Assembly: GCA_010909165.1 (NCBI GenBank)
Contig: MU008177.1
Span: 434,001-498,000 of the forward strand
DNA from: Anthoceros angustus
Taxonomy: Eukaryota > Plantae > Anthocerotophyta
Reading direction: 5' to 3'
DNA length: 64,000 nt
Positions 9,920-23,108 of this stretch are shown here, piece by piece. A program made the position numbers and the translations under genes. The notes under the pieces are model-generated. The model made no database searches. It saw only the letters and a program-made list of their open reading frames with translations, and was not told the DNA's origin. How positions within the stretch are numbered: position 1 is the stretch's first letter; each line of letters begins with the position of its first letter.

Positions 9920-12900
9920 TGCTAATCGAAGTGTGACATACGGGGGGTTAAACTGGAGCTGTTTACCGGAATCTTTGGCACCCTATACGTCACACAACTG
10001 GCTCTGTAAGTTCCTTCTGCCTTTCAAACTGCTTAGGTCGTGTTGGGATTGACATTCTGTTCTACTGCTGCAGCCTTGTTGTTTCTTGGCACACAAGGAC
10101 ATAACAGTCCAGTGTCTCCCATTATCCATGATTTGTCCAGCTTAGGCTGGGCGCACACGATTTTTTTTTGCCTCTGCCTCTCTGCCCGAACTTAGAGTGA
10201 ATGAAATTATCTGATGTCTGGTGAATGAACGCCAGTTTGGTTGCAGAGGCGACGTCTTGCTGGGCAAATCCCGGCCGGACCGTCATTGGGGCACCCTAAG
10301 CTTTCTGCAGAAGAGAACTGTAGTAATTTCTGTGCTTTCAAACTTTAAAGGGTTTGTTGCTCGGACATCCGTGTTACGATGAAATGGAAGTAGAGGGCAA
10401 GACTCAAAGGACCCTTACCCGCAGCTGCTGCGACTGCCAGGCCGAAGTGTAGTGAATTGGAGGCGGAGTCTGTGCGACTTCGGTTAGGGGAATAGCTGTA
10501 CCTGCAGATATGGGCATCTAAGTCTCGTGATATTGCATGTATAATTTCATCGTCTGTTTGGCCCAATACATATGGAAGTGTGGGAGTATGGAGCACAATG
10601 TGATACGTAGGCGAAATTGCAAGCTGCTGATCAGTCCCTGCCTTCTGGATGACAGGAGTCTGGTCAACAGATTCTGGAGGATACTGGAACTGGAAGAGAC
10701 GGGTATATGCGGTCAATAGCATATTTTATGGGTCAAGTGTAGGGTCCACCATGAAATTCACACATGCCTCACGGCAAACATGATTGAAACGTGTGAATCG
10801 TTGCTGGCCAGCCTCCCCATGTCCCGCTTATGACTCTGTCGCTAAATAGTTTAACTTGCCTACTACTACATGCACAAGGTCCTTGGAAATTTGAAGCACC
10901 CAAGCGAGAACTCTAGATCGTCTAGCCTACCAAGCGCACTCGCCTAACTGATCGTTCTTCCCTTCCTTGCCGATCTCACAAACGTGAGCTGTAGGCAGTT
11001 CGGCAATCTTCATGTTCCTGTCCGTGACTTACAACAGGAGTTCGTCTCCTCGTTAAGTCCCTTTCTGTCCACGCACGCCCCATGACAGAACGAACAGGGA
11101 ATCCGACTGCCTCAAACATGACAGATGTTAGCAACTGCTATGTACACACCAGACGAAGCCCGCCTCAATCTACGTGCAGGTAATGACAGTGGAGATGGGT
11201 TCCCAAGAAAGGGCGCTTGTGTTTCCGGGGCTGGGAGAAGGGACTTCGACGCTTACAGCGGGCGATGAGCAGCTTTCGTCATTTGACGTGGCTTCTGACG
11301 GGTTAGAATCTCTCAGGATACTGCCTCCTGATTCAGTTGCCGATGTGAAGCCAGGGAAAGATCCTCCCGAGCCTGATTCTGCAGAAGAGAACTGTAGTAA
11401 TTTCTGTGCTTTCAAACTTTAAAGGGTTTGTTGCTCGGACATCCGTGTTACGATGAAATGGAAGTAGAGGGCAAGACTCAAGGACCCTTACCCGCAGCTG
11501 CTGCGACTGCCAGGCCGAAGTGTAGTGAATTGGAGGCGGAGTCTGTGCGACTTCGGTTAGGGGAATAGCTGTACCTGCAGATATGGGCATCTAAGTCTCG
11601 TGATATTGCATGTATAATTTCATCGTCTGTTTGGCCCAATACATATGGAAGTGTGGGAGTATGGAGCACAATGTGATACGTAGGCGAAATTGCAAGCTGC
11701 TGATCAGTCCCTGCCTTCTGGATGACAGGAGTCTGGTCAACAGATTCTGGAGGATACTGGAACTGGAAGAGACGGTATATGCGGTCAATAGCATATTTTA
11801 TGGGTCAAGTGTAGGGTCCACCATGAAATTCACACATGCCTCACGGCAAACATGATTGAAACGTGTGAATCGTTGCTGGCCAGCCTCCCCATGTCCCGCT
11901 TATGACTCTGTCGCTAAATAGTTTAACTTGCCTACTACTACATGCACAAGGTCCTTGGAAATTTGAAGCACCCAAGCGAGAACTCTAGATCGTCTAGCCT
12001 AGCGCACTCGCCTAACTGATCGTTCTTCCTTCCTGTTTGGTTATTCAAAAAGTGAAGTCCCCAGATAGGCTGACTGGATTGGCTACAGGAGTGTGTAGTC
12101 AAAGAGCTGCCCCCTGCCAAATTTGTGCTGCTTGATATTTCTGTAGGCTCGCTACTTATGCATGCGAATGTTGACAGAGGCTTTCACAATTGTCATGTAG
12201 GTCGGGCGGTTCACGACATGCTTAGTTGAAGCAAAAACTGCACTCCAACAGAAGTATGGTGTTTCTGTAAATTCTTGAGTAGTGTGCTATTGCTTATCCG
12301 TTGGTTTGTCTCCTGAGCTCTATAGAGTCTTCGCAATGGCAATTGCAGGTCAGAGACAATCCAGCGGCGGTTCACCATAGCAAAGTCTTGCTGGCCAAAG
12401 CTGACAAGTCATCTTTGATCGGCTATGTGGGCAGGTACTCAATCAATCTCTGAGTTCTCTTACCATGTTTTCTCTTGGGTAGTTCCTTGTGGTTGGAGCA
12501 CTAGTGCATTCCAGGGCCTTGCGTCATCTCCTGGCTAACATGACATAGGCGTTGTGCAGATTTATGGACTAGAAATCGAACAGAAAAACTGGAGGAGGAT
12601 ACTATAGTTTATAATCGGCTGCAGGAGCAACTGAAGTTATCACCTGCATATCAGAAGGTGTGGTGTCACTGTACATTTCTAAGTGTGAATCGTTGCTGGC
12701 CAGCCTCCCCATGTCCCGCTTATGACTCTGTCGCTAAATAGTTTAACTTGCCTACTACTACATGCACAAGGTCCTTGGAAATTTGAAGCACCCAAGCGAG
12801 AACTCTAGATCGTCTAGCCTACCAAGCGCACTCGCCTAACTGATCGTTCTTCCCTTCCTTGCCGATCTCACAAACGTGAGCTGTAGGCAGTTCGGCAATC

Positions 12901-13140
12901 TTCATGTTCCTGTCCGTGACTTACAACAGGAGAGTTCGTCTCCTCGTTAAGTCCCTTTCTGTCCACGCACGCCCCATGACAGAACGAACAGGAATCCGAC
13001 TGCCTCAAACATGACAGATGTTAGCAACTGCTATGTACACCAGACGAAGCCCGCCTCAATCTACGTGCAGGTAATGTAGACAGTGCGGAAATCACTGAAA
13101 TCCTCACGACTCTGAGCCATCGGACAGCTCAAGTGCTTCG

Positions 13141-13320
13141 TCAAGGGTCGAAGAGAGTGCGCAGTCCTTCCACAGCGCTGCGGACGAGCAGTTGCCCTCC
13201 ATTGAAAAACGACCTAAACACAGCCGCCTTAACCTGCCCTCTCTTGCCCGCAGGCGTCGCACTGCGATATCCCAGATTCACGCGGCTGGCAGCCATGGTT
13301 GAAGAGCTGCTCCTCGCCAT
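13141..13320 (-). CDS. Microprotein (51 aa from ATG 13296 or 59 aa from ATG 13320) with KRGQVK motif
   Basis: MAASRVNLGYRSATPAGKRGQVKAAVFRSFFNGGQLLVRSAVEGLRTLFDP, with good start context (caaccATGGct). The motif resembles the uncharacterised plant 'LPP[KR]RGQ[IV]K..IF' small proteins (from recall). Confidence 0.62.
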   Translation of the reverse strand: MARSSSSTMAASRVNLGYRSATPAGKRGQVKAAVFRSFFNGGQLLVRSAVEGLRTLFDP

Positions 13321-14815
13321 AGCAGTGCCTTTAGTCACAATATGGCGGGTTTGCCCTTTGTTGACGAGATTTGCACCTCGATCATGGGACTTGGGGTTTC
13401 TGGATCCTGACAACAGACTCAATTTGTCAAGCTCGCCCATGGTTGCGTGCTTCCCGCTTCCCTCTTCACTTCACTGGATCGGTGACGGCCTAAGAAGCTG
13501 TAATTGTTCTGCAGTCAGGAATCCTCCTCAATTCACACCTTTCAAACAACCGTCTTCACACGCAGAAATGCAGTTACCTAAGGCTGCAGAGTTGCGGCAT
13601 ACCGACCTGGATGGATGATCGAATGTGCTTGAACCCGCGGTGCTGAAATTGTTGAATCCTCTTCCTGTGAGTACTAGAAGAAAAGGCAGAGACAGCGGTA
13701 GACGATCGCCAAAATGCGACCGTCAACGCATGTTAGCGGAGCATCAGACTCGGACATTTGTGAGGCAAACCACACAAGGACATAACAGTCCAGTGTCTCC
13801 CATTATCCATGATTTGTCCAGCTTAGGCTGGGCGCACACGATTTTTTTTTGCCTCTGCCTCTCTGCCCGAACTTAGAGTGAATGAAATTATCTGATGTCT
13901 GGTGAATGAACGCCAGTTTGGTTGCAGAGGCGACGTCTTGCTGGGCAAATCCCGGCCGGACCGTCATTGGGGCACCCTAAGCTTTCTGCAGAAGAGAACT
14001 GTAGTAATTTCTGTGCTTTCAAACTTTAAAGGGTTTGTTGCTCGGACATCCGTGTTACGATGAAATGGAAGTAGAGGGCAAGACTCAAGGACCCTTACCC
14101 GCAGCTGCTGCGACTGCCAGGCCGAAGTGTAGTGAATTGGAGGCGGAGTCTGTGCGACTTCGGTTAGGGGAATAGCTGTACCTGCAGATATGTCTTCTAG
14201 CTTAGCATTTCTCTCGTGACTGTGTAAGCAGGCAAAACATAGTCCAGCACAGGCTTCTGTCCCTGTGGTGGGGACCTAGTGCTAATCGAAGTGTGACATA
14301 CGGGGTTAAACTGGAGCTGTTTACCGGAATCTTTGGCACCCTATACGTCACACAACTGGCTCTGTAAGTTCCTTCTGCCTTTCAAACTGCTTAGGTCGTG
14401 TTGGGATTGACATTCTGTTCTACTGCTGCAGCCTTGTTGTTTCTTGGCACACAAGGGCCGGACAGCACAAAGAGGAGGCGGCGTTGGAGCAGGCCTTCGA
14501 CTGTGTCCCACCACAGCTCTCTACTAGGGCGAGAAAAAGGATGGAACGCAGGACAGAGGATGAAAGGAACGGGACAGAGCGGGGACAAGGCGACGAGCTG
14601 ATGTGAATGAAGGCGCAACCAGCACGAAGCTTCGCCGAGGGAGGACAAGCCGAGCGAACAGATGCCGATCCCGGAAACGCGGCAATTCTGGTCACAGTCG
14701 CACTTCACGAATGACGACAGCAGGCCGGTGCGACTCGAGAATGGAATGCGCCAAGTTTCCGCAAATCCGCAGGCAATCAAAACCACGATCACTGAACTCG
14801 CCACAGCAAAGAACA

Positions 14816-14852
14816 GAGAGCTGAGAGCTGAGAGCTGAGAGCTGAGCTGAGA
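14816..14852. repeat. (GAGAGCT)n heptamer repeat, about 5 units; also at ~17820-17852 and ~20805-20843
   Basis: Direct inspection: gagagctgagagctgagagctgagagctg. Confidence 0.85.
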
Positions 14853-15939
14853 GAAAAGAGCGCGTTGCGCCGTGAGAGCCACGTATGACCTAAGAGGAGG
14901 AGCGGGGCCAGAGAGGGGCAGAGAAGACCGGCGGCAGAGGCGACGTCTTGCTGGGCAAATCCGGCCGGACCGTCATTGGGGCACCCTAAGCTTTCTGCAG
15001 AAGAGAACTGTAGTAATTTCTGTGCTTTCAAACTTTAAAGGGTTTGTTGCTCGGACATCCGTGTTACGATGAAATGGAAGTAGAGGGGCAAGACTCAAAG
15101 GACCCTTACCCGCAGCTGCTGCGACTGCCAGGCCGAAGTGTAGTGAATTGGAGGCGGAGTCTGTGCGACTTCGGTTAGGGGAATAGCTGTACCTGCAGAT
15201 ATGGGCATCTAAGTCTCGTGATATTGCATGTATAATTTCATCGTCTGTTTGGCCCAATACATATGGAAGTGTGGGAGTATGGAGCACAATGTGATACGTA
15301 GGCGAAATTGCAAGCTGCTGATCAGTCCCTGCCTTCTGGATGACAGGAGTCTGGTCAACAGATTCTGGAGGATACTGGAACTGGAAGAGACGGTATATGC
15401 GGTCAATAGCATATTTTATGGGTCAAGTGTAGGGTCCACCATGAAATTCACACATGCCTCACGGCAAACATGATTGAAACGTGTGAATCGTTGCTGGCCA
15501 GCCTCCCCATGTCCGCTTATGACTCTGTCGCTAAATAGTTTAACTTGCCTACTACTACATGCACAAGGTCCTTGGAAATTTGAAGCACCCAAGCGAGAAC
15601 TCTAGATCGTCTAGCCTACCAAGCGCACTCGCCTAACTGATCGTTCTTCCCTTCCTTGCCGATCTCACAAACGTGAGCTGTAGGCAGTTCGGCAATCTTC
15701 ATGTTCCTGTCCGTGACTTACAACAGGAGAGTTCGTCTCCTCGTTAAGTCCCTTTCTGTCCACGCACGCCCCATGACAGAACGAACAGGGAATCCGACTG
15801 CCTCAAACATGACAGATGTTAGCAACTGCTATGTACACCAGACGAAGCCCGCCTCAATCTACGTGCAGGTAATGTAGACAGTGCGGGAAATCACTGAAAT
15901 CCTCACGACTCTGAGCCATCGGACAGCTCAAGTGCTTCG

Positions 15940-16095
15940 TCAAGGGTCGAAGAGAGTGCGCAGTCCTTCCACAGCGCTGCGGACGAGCAGTTGCCCTCCA
16001 TTGAAAAACGACCTAAACACAGCCGCCTTAACCTGCCCTCTCTTGCCCGCAGGCGTCGCACTGCGATATCCCAGATTCACGCGGCTGGCAGCCAT
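15940..16095 (-). CDS. Identical second copy of the KRGQVK microprotein ORF (probably an artefactual duplicate)
   Basis: Same 51-aa ORF. The upstream flank switches block at the GAGCTGCTC microhomology. Confidence 0.4.
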   Translation of the reverse strand: MAASRVNLGYRSATPAGKRGQVKAAVFRSFFNGGQLLVRSAVEGLRTLFDP

Positions 16096-19000
16096 GGTTG
16101 AAGAGCTGCTCTCAGTGCCTCGCGTCCTCCTGACTCTTATTGTGGGATGGCACTGCAATTCATGGTGACTGAAACCACCAACAACGATATTTCCTCCTGC
16201 TCATAGCTTTTGATATGGAAAGATGCTCCGGAGCTCAAGGGCTGCAGGTTGCAACTTGCGTCAGCAGGTGGCCGCTGGAGGCTCTGGAGGTCATTGCAAA
16301 CGGTACAAATTTTACCGAGGGAAAAAATGATGACGAAAACCCATCCAGCAACAGCCCACGAGGGTCACGGGTAGAAAGGAGCAACTAAGCTCCATACCTA
16401 AAGTCACCTCCGGCATCAACAATGGCATATGCAGCAAGAAAAAACGGCGTGCATCGTTCCCTTGCGAGGAATGAATCGCCCCTGTTTCTCATCTCAAACC
16501 TGTTTGTGCCCTTCATGTGCATCCCAACTGGCTGCTCCGGTGGTGATAGGCATCTCTGATATTTGAGTCTAAGATAACATTTATGCCGCAAGAAAGCCGA
16601 GGAAATTACAACTGGGCTCTGAGGTAGTCGTATGCTTCTGTCCCTACTAAGCTGGCGACGCTGGTTTCCTGGAGTGAGACCGTGCCATCTATCGAGTCAC
16701 CACCTTGGAGCTTTCCGTGTCCCTTGTCCTAATTCTTCCCAAAGGAGCGGAGGCAGACACACAGGACTTCACTCCTTTCTTCCGCCCTAAACAGTGACGC
16801 AAACTGGACACCGGAAGGACTTAGGACAGGAACGACGCTATGTGCAGTCTCTTCCACGGTCACCACTCTGTAACAAGATCATCCGCGTCAGGCAATTTGT
16901 GCTCGTAAAGTTTTACAGTTACTATTGGCAGCAAACAGAAGGGATGCGCTTGTCCGACTGTCGGCATGACAGCGGCATCAACTGCTCCTCGCCATAGCAG
17001 TGCCTTTAGTCACAATATGGCGGGTTTGCCTTTTGTTGACGAGATTTGCACCTCGATCATGGGACTTGGGGTTTCTGGATCCTGACAACAGACTCAATTT
17101 TGTCAAGCTCGCCCATGGTTGCGTGCTTCCCGCTTCCTCTTCACTTCACTGGATCGGTGACGGCCTAAGAAGCTGTAATTGTTCTGCAGTCAGGAATCCT
17201 CCTCAATTCACACCTTTCAAACAACCGTCTTCACACGCAGAAATGCAGTTACCTAAGGCTGCAGAGTTGCGGCATACCGACCTGGATGGATGATCGGGAA
17301 TGTGCTTGAACCCGCGGTGCTGAAATTGTTGAATCCTCTTCCCTGTGAGTACTAGAAGAAAAGGCAGAGACAGCGGTAGACGATCGCCAAAATGCGACCG
17401 TCAACGCATGTTAGCGGAGCATCAGACTCGGACATTTGTGAGGCAAACCACACAAGGGCCGGACAGCACAAGAGGAGGCGGCGTTGGAGCAGGCCTTCGA
17501 CTGTGTCCCACCACAGCTCTCTACTAGGGCGAGAAAAAGGATGGAACGCAGGACAGAGGATGAAAGGAACGGGACAGAGCGGGGACAAGGCGACGAGCTG
17601 ATGTGAATGAAGGCGCAACCAGCACGAAGCTTCGCCGAGGAGGACAAGCCGAGCGAACAGATGCCGATCCCGGAAACGCGGCAATTCTGGTCACAGTCGC
17701 ACTTCACGAATGACGACAGCAGGCCGGTGCGACTCGAGAATGGAATGCGCCAAGTTTCCGCAAATCCGCAGGCAATCAAAACCACGATCACTGAACTCGC
17801 CACAGCAAAGAACAGAGGCTGAGAGCTGAGAGCTGAGAGCTGAGAGCTGAGAGAAAAGAGCGCGTTGCGCCGTGAGAGCCACGTATGACCTAAGAGGAGG
17901 AGCAGGGCCAGAGAGGGGCAGAGAAGACCGGCGGCAGAGGCGACAGCGGCATCAACTGCTCCTCGAGACCGTCGCTTGTTGCACTCTGAATACAATCTAT
18001 TGCGGGTAGGGTGCCCACACCTCTTGTCCGGCCGCATTATCCATGTCCATACGCAGCCAGAATCCCAACAGTACAGCTGGCCCTTTTAGCCCACCTTTGC
18101 GGACCCAACCGAGAAACACCATTGGCTGAAAAGCACGCCCTAGGTACGCGGTTTCGTGCTCTCTTCGAGGGCCTCTTCGAGCTCCCTGGCGACGCAAAGC
18201 CTGCCGCCAACTCAGGCCTTGCAGAGGAACCTGGAAAGTTCTACGATCCTCAGGTTCCAGGGACCAGATTCCCTTGTGTTATAGGATTTTAAATGGTCTA
18301 TGGTATCTCGCGCCTACCGTTTTTGGAGCCTTTCCGTTGTAGTAGGTAGGGCATAAATTATGGACAAGCTCAGGCGAGTCCTTCCTTGTGCCCTTCCCAG
18401 GATTTTCCATCCAGAATGTGTAGATAGAAGCATCATCTTTGCAGATCATATGGAGCTTTTCATCTTTTTTTATAAGGTTCAAATGGTGATGTAATTTTGA
18501 TTGATCTTTTAACAAGATCATAAGAAGCTTGTGTACCGTCGGCCAATGGCTCAGAGACAGGCAGTACTCAGCCGGCCGGCCTCCTGCCGCTCACATGGGC
18601 CAGAGGTTGGGCTTTGTCTTGATCCTCAAGCTTATCTCCTCTAATGGCATTGGCTTCACAAAGTGGGAACCCGTACCAGCCTCACATTCCTGCCCTGTAT
18701 GTATATGGTCATTTCTGGCGCCTGCGTACATCCTGTCACCTGGTAAGTAACATCTTCCGATTCGCCCATCTTATCTTATTGTAACAGTTCGTGTAGTGGT
18801 ACTGTACATGGTCCGCATTGCATGATCATGGTGGAAGACAAGGTGGTTTGAAGTTTGGAGTCTTGTGGATTTACTCACATGCTTGGCTTCGCTTTTAGAG
18901 CGTTGTGATTTCTCTTTCCCCAGCTGCAGAGATACGAAGGTACACGATTACGCGGTTACAGCTGTTGAGCATGGCATCGGGATGAGGCGAGGTAAACTCT

Positions 19001-22000
19001 GGGTCTAGTGCTGATGAAGCTTCCCACTGCAATTGGGTGGTATCCAAAATTACTTAGGAGCCTGGCGGATGGTCAATGGCGACGGTGAATGGGAATATTA
19101 ACGAGCTGCTCTCAGTGCCTCGCGTCCTCCTGACTCTTATTGTGGGATGGCACTGCAATTCATGGTGACTGAAACCACCAACAACGATATTTCCTCCTGC
19201 TCATAGCTTTTGATATGGAAAGATGCTCCGGAGCTCAAGGGCTGCAGGTTGCAACTTGCGTCAGCAGGTGGCCGCTGGAGGCTCTGGAGGTCATTGCACG
19301 GCTACAAATTTTACCGAGGGAAAAATGATGACGAAAACCCATCCAGCAACAGCCACGAGGGTCACGGGTAGAAAGGAGCAACTAAGCTCCATACCTAAAG
19401 TCACCTCCGGCATCAACAATGGCATATGCAGCAAGAAAAACGGCGTGCATCGTTCCCTTGCGAGGAATGAATCGCCCCTGTTTCTCATCTCAAACCTGTT
19501 TGTGCCCTTCATGTGCATCCCAACTGGCTGCTCCGGTGGTGATAGGCATCTCTGATATTTGAGTCTAAGATAACATTTATGCCGCAAGAAAGCCGAGGAA
19601 ATTACAACTGGGCTCTGAGGTAGTCGTATGCTTCTGTCCCTACTAAGCTGGCGACGCTGGTTTCCTGGAGTGAGACCGTGCCATCTATCGAGTCACCACC
19701 TTGGAGCTTTCCGTGTCCCTTGTCCTAATTCTTCCCAAAGGAGCGGAGGCAGACACACAGGACTTCACTCCTTTCTTCCGCCCTAAACAGTGACGCAAAC
19801 TGGACACCGGAAGGACTTAGGACAGGAACGACGCTATGTGCAGTCTCTTCCACGGTCACCACTCTGTAACAAGATCATCCGCGTCAGGCAATTTGTGCTC
19901 GTAAAGTTTTACAGTTACTATTGGCAGCAAACAGAAGGGATGCGCTTGTCCGACTGTCGGCATGACAGCGGCATCAACTGCTCCTCGCCATAGCAGTGCC
20001 TTTAGTCACAATATGGCGGGTGCCCTTTGTTGACGAGATTTGCACCTCGATCATGGGACTTGGGGTTTCTGGATCCTGACAACAGACTCAATTTTGTCAA
20101 GCTCGCCCATGGTTGCGTGCCGCTTCCCTCTTCACTTCACTGGATCGGTGACGGCCTAGAAGCTGTAATTGTTCTGCAGTCAGGAATCCTCCTCAATTCA
20201 CCTTTCAAACAACCGTCTTCACGCAGAAATGCAGTTACCTAAGGCTGCAGAGTTGCGGCATACCGACCTGGATGGATGATCGGGAATGTGCTTGAACCCG
20301 CGGTGCTGAAATTGTTGAATCCTCTTCCCTGTGAGTACTAGAAGAAAAGGCAGAGACAGCGGTAGACGATCGCCAAAATGCGACCGTCAACGCATGTTAG
20401 CGGAGCATCAGACTCGGACATTTGTGAGGCAAACCACACAAGGGCCGGACAGCACAAAGAGGGAGGCGGCGTTGGAGCAGGCCTTCGACTGTGTCCCACC
20501 ACAGCTCTCTACTAGGGCGAGAAAAAGGATGGAACGCAGGACAGAGGATGAAAGGGAACGGGACAGAGCGGGGACAAGGCGACGAGCTGATGTGAATGAA
20601 GGCGCAACCAGCACGAAGCTTCGCCGAGGGAGGACAAGCCGAGCGAACAGATGCCGATCCCGGAAACGCGGCAATTCTGGTCACAGTCGCACTTCACGAA
20701 TGACGACAGCAGGCCGGTGCGACTCGAGAATGGAATGCGCCAAGTTTCCGCAAATCCGCAGGCAATCAAAACCACGATCACTGAACTCGCCACAGCAAAG
20801 AACAGAGAGCTGAGAGCTGAGAGCTGAGAGCTGAGAGCTGAGAGAAAAGAGCGCGTTGCGCCGTGAGAGCCACGTATGACCTAAGAGGAGGAGCGGGGCC
20901 AGAGAGGGGCAGAGAAGACCGGCGGCAGAGGCGACAGCGGCTGCAATGCGCACTAGACAAAGAAGGTGACGCTCTGGCGGGCGAGGTCTGAACCCAGATG
21001 GGCAGCTGGTGCCTGGACTGGAGAAGCGGGAACAGTGTAACGGGTGGAGAGAAACGGAACGGGCGTTTGCATGAGCCGTGCCTGTCAAGTTACCAGCACG
21101 AGATCGGAGGTAGCGGCCGGGGCCATGATGCATTTATAGCGGCCAATGGCTCAGAGACAGGCAGTACTCAGCCGGCCGGCCTCCCTGCCCGCTCACATGG
21201 GCCAGAGGTTGGGCTTTTGTCTTGATCCTCAAGCTTATCTCCTCTAATGGCATTGGCTTCACAAAGTGGGAACCCGTACCAGCCTCACATTCGCTGCCCT
21301 GTATGTATATGGTCATTTCTGGCGCCTGCGTACATCCTGTCACCTGGTAAGTAACATCTTCCGATTCGCCCATCTTATCTTATTGTAACAGTTCGTGTAG
21401 TGGTACTGTACATGGTCCGCATTGCATGATCATGGTGGAAGACAAGGTGGTTTGAAGTTTGGAGTCTTGTGGATTTACTCACATGCTTGGCTTCGCTTTT
21501 AGAGCGTTGTGATTTCTCTTTCCCCAGCTGCAGAGATACGAAGGTACACGATTACGCGGTTACAGCTGTTGAGCATGGCATCGGGATGAGGCGAGGTAAA
21601 CTCTGGGTCTAGTGCTGATGAAGCTTCCCACTGCAATTGGGTGGTATCCAAAATTACTTAGGAGCCTGGCGGATGGTCAATGGCGACGGTGAATGGGAAT
21701 ATTAACGAGCTGCTCTCAGTGCCTCGCGTCCTCCTGACTCTTATTGTGGGATGGCACTGCAATTCATGGTGACTGAAACCACCAACAACGATATTTCCTC
21801 CTGCTCATAGCTTTTGATATGGAAAGATGCTCCGGAGCTCAAGGGCTGCAGGTTGCAACTTGCGTCAGCAGGTGGCCGCTGGAGGCTCTGGAGGTCATTG
21901 CAAACGGTACAAATTTTACCGAGGGAAAAAATGATGACGAAAACCCATCCAGCAACAGCCCACGAGGGTCACGGGTAGAAAGGAGCAACTAAGCTCCATA

Positions 22001-23108
22001 CCTAAAGTCACCTCCGGCATCAACAATGGCATATGCAGCAAGAAAAAACGGCGTGCATCGTTCCCTTGCGAGGAATGAATCGCCCCTGTTTCTCATCTCA
22101 AACCTGTTTGTGCCCTTCATGTGCATCCCAACTGGCTGCTCCGGTGGTGATAGGCATCTCTGATATTTGAGTCTAAGATAACATTTATGCCGCAAGAAAG
22201 CCGAGGAAATTACAACTGGGCTCTGAGGTAGTCGTATGCTTCTGTCCCTACTAAGCTGGCGACGCTGGTTTCCTGGAGTGAGACCGTGCCATCTATCGAG
22301 TCACCACCTTGGAGCTTTCCGTGTCCCTTGTCCTAATTCTTCCCAAAGGAGCGGAGGCAGACACACAGGACTTCCTCACTCCTTTTCTTCCGCCCTAAAC
22401 AGTGACGCAAACTGGACACCGGAAGGACTTAGGACAGGAACGACGCTATGTGCAGTCTCTTCCACGGTCACCACTCTGTAACAAGATCATCCGCGTCAGG
22501 CAATTTTGTGCTCGTAAAAGTTTTACAGTTACTATTGGCAGCAAACAGAAGGGATGCGCTTGTCCGACTGTCGGCATGACAGCGGCATCAACTGCTCCTC
22601 CGAGACCGTCGCTTGTTGCACTCTGAATACAATCTATTGCGGGTAGGGTGCCCACACCTCTTGTCCGGCCGCATTATCCATGTCCATACGCAGCCCGAAT
22701 CCCAACAGTACAGCTGGCCCTTTTAGCCCACCTTTGCGGACCCAACCGAGAAACACCATTGGCTGAAAAGCACGCCCTAGGTACGCGGTTTCGTGCTCTC
22801 TTCGAGGGCCTCTTCGAGCTCCCTGGCGACGCAAAGCCTGCCGCCAACTCAGGCCTTGCAGAGGAACCTGGAAAGTTCTACGATCCTCAGGTTCCAGGGA
22901 CCAGATTCCCTTGTGTTATAGGATTTTAAATGGTCTATGGTATCTCGCAAGCGCCTACCGTTTTTGGAGCCTTTCCGTTGTAGTAGGTAGGGCATAAATT
23001 ATGGACAAGCTCAGGCGAGTCCTTCCTTGTGCCCTTCCCAGGATTTTCCATCCAGAATGTGTAGATAGAAGCATCATCTTTGCAGATCATATGGAGCTTT
23101 TTCATCTT

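Larger units (their letters stand above)
4562..23100. repeat. Scrambled mosaic of near-identical sequence blocks, each present 2-4 times
   Basis: Examples: 7072-7627 / 9175-9727 / 12310-12690; 10250-11170 / 11380-12030 / 14940-15870; 16105-16990 / 19105-19990 / 21710-22600. Blocks switch at shared 8-12-mers, and copies differ mostly in homopolymer length. Confidence 0.93.

Noticed and set aside
21134-22600. 60-110 aa ORFs in the repeated blocks (e.g. MGESEDVTY..., MRHKCYLRL...)
   Set aside because: No recognisable motifs, and the frames change between copies.
4562-23100. Interpretation as programmed gene scrambling, exon shuffling or a CRISPR-like array
   Set aside because: There is no constant repeat-spacer structure, and copies differ by homopolymer indels typical of long-read error. 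An assembly artefact is more parsimonious.
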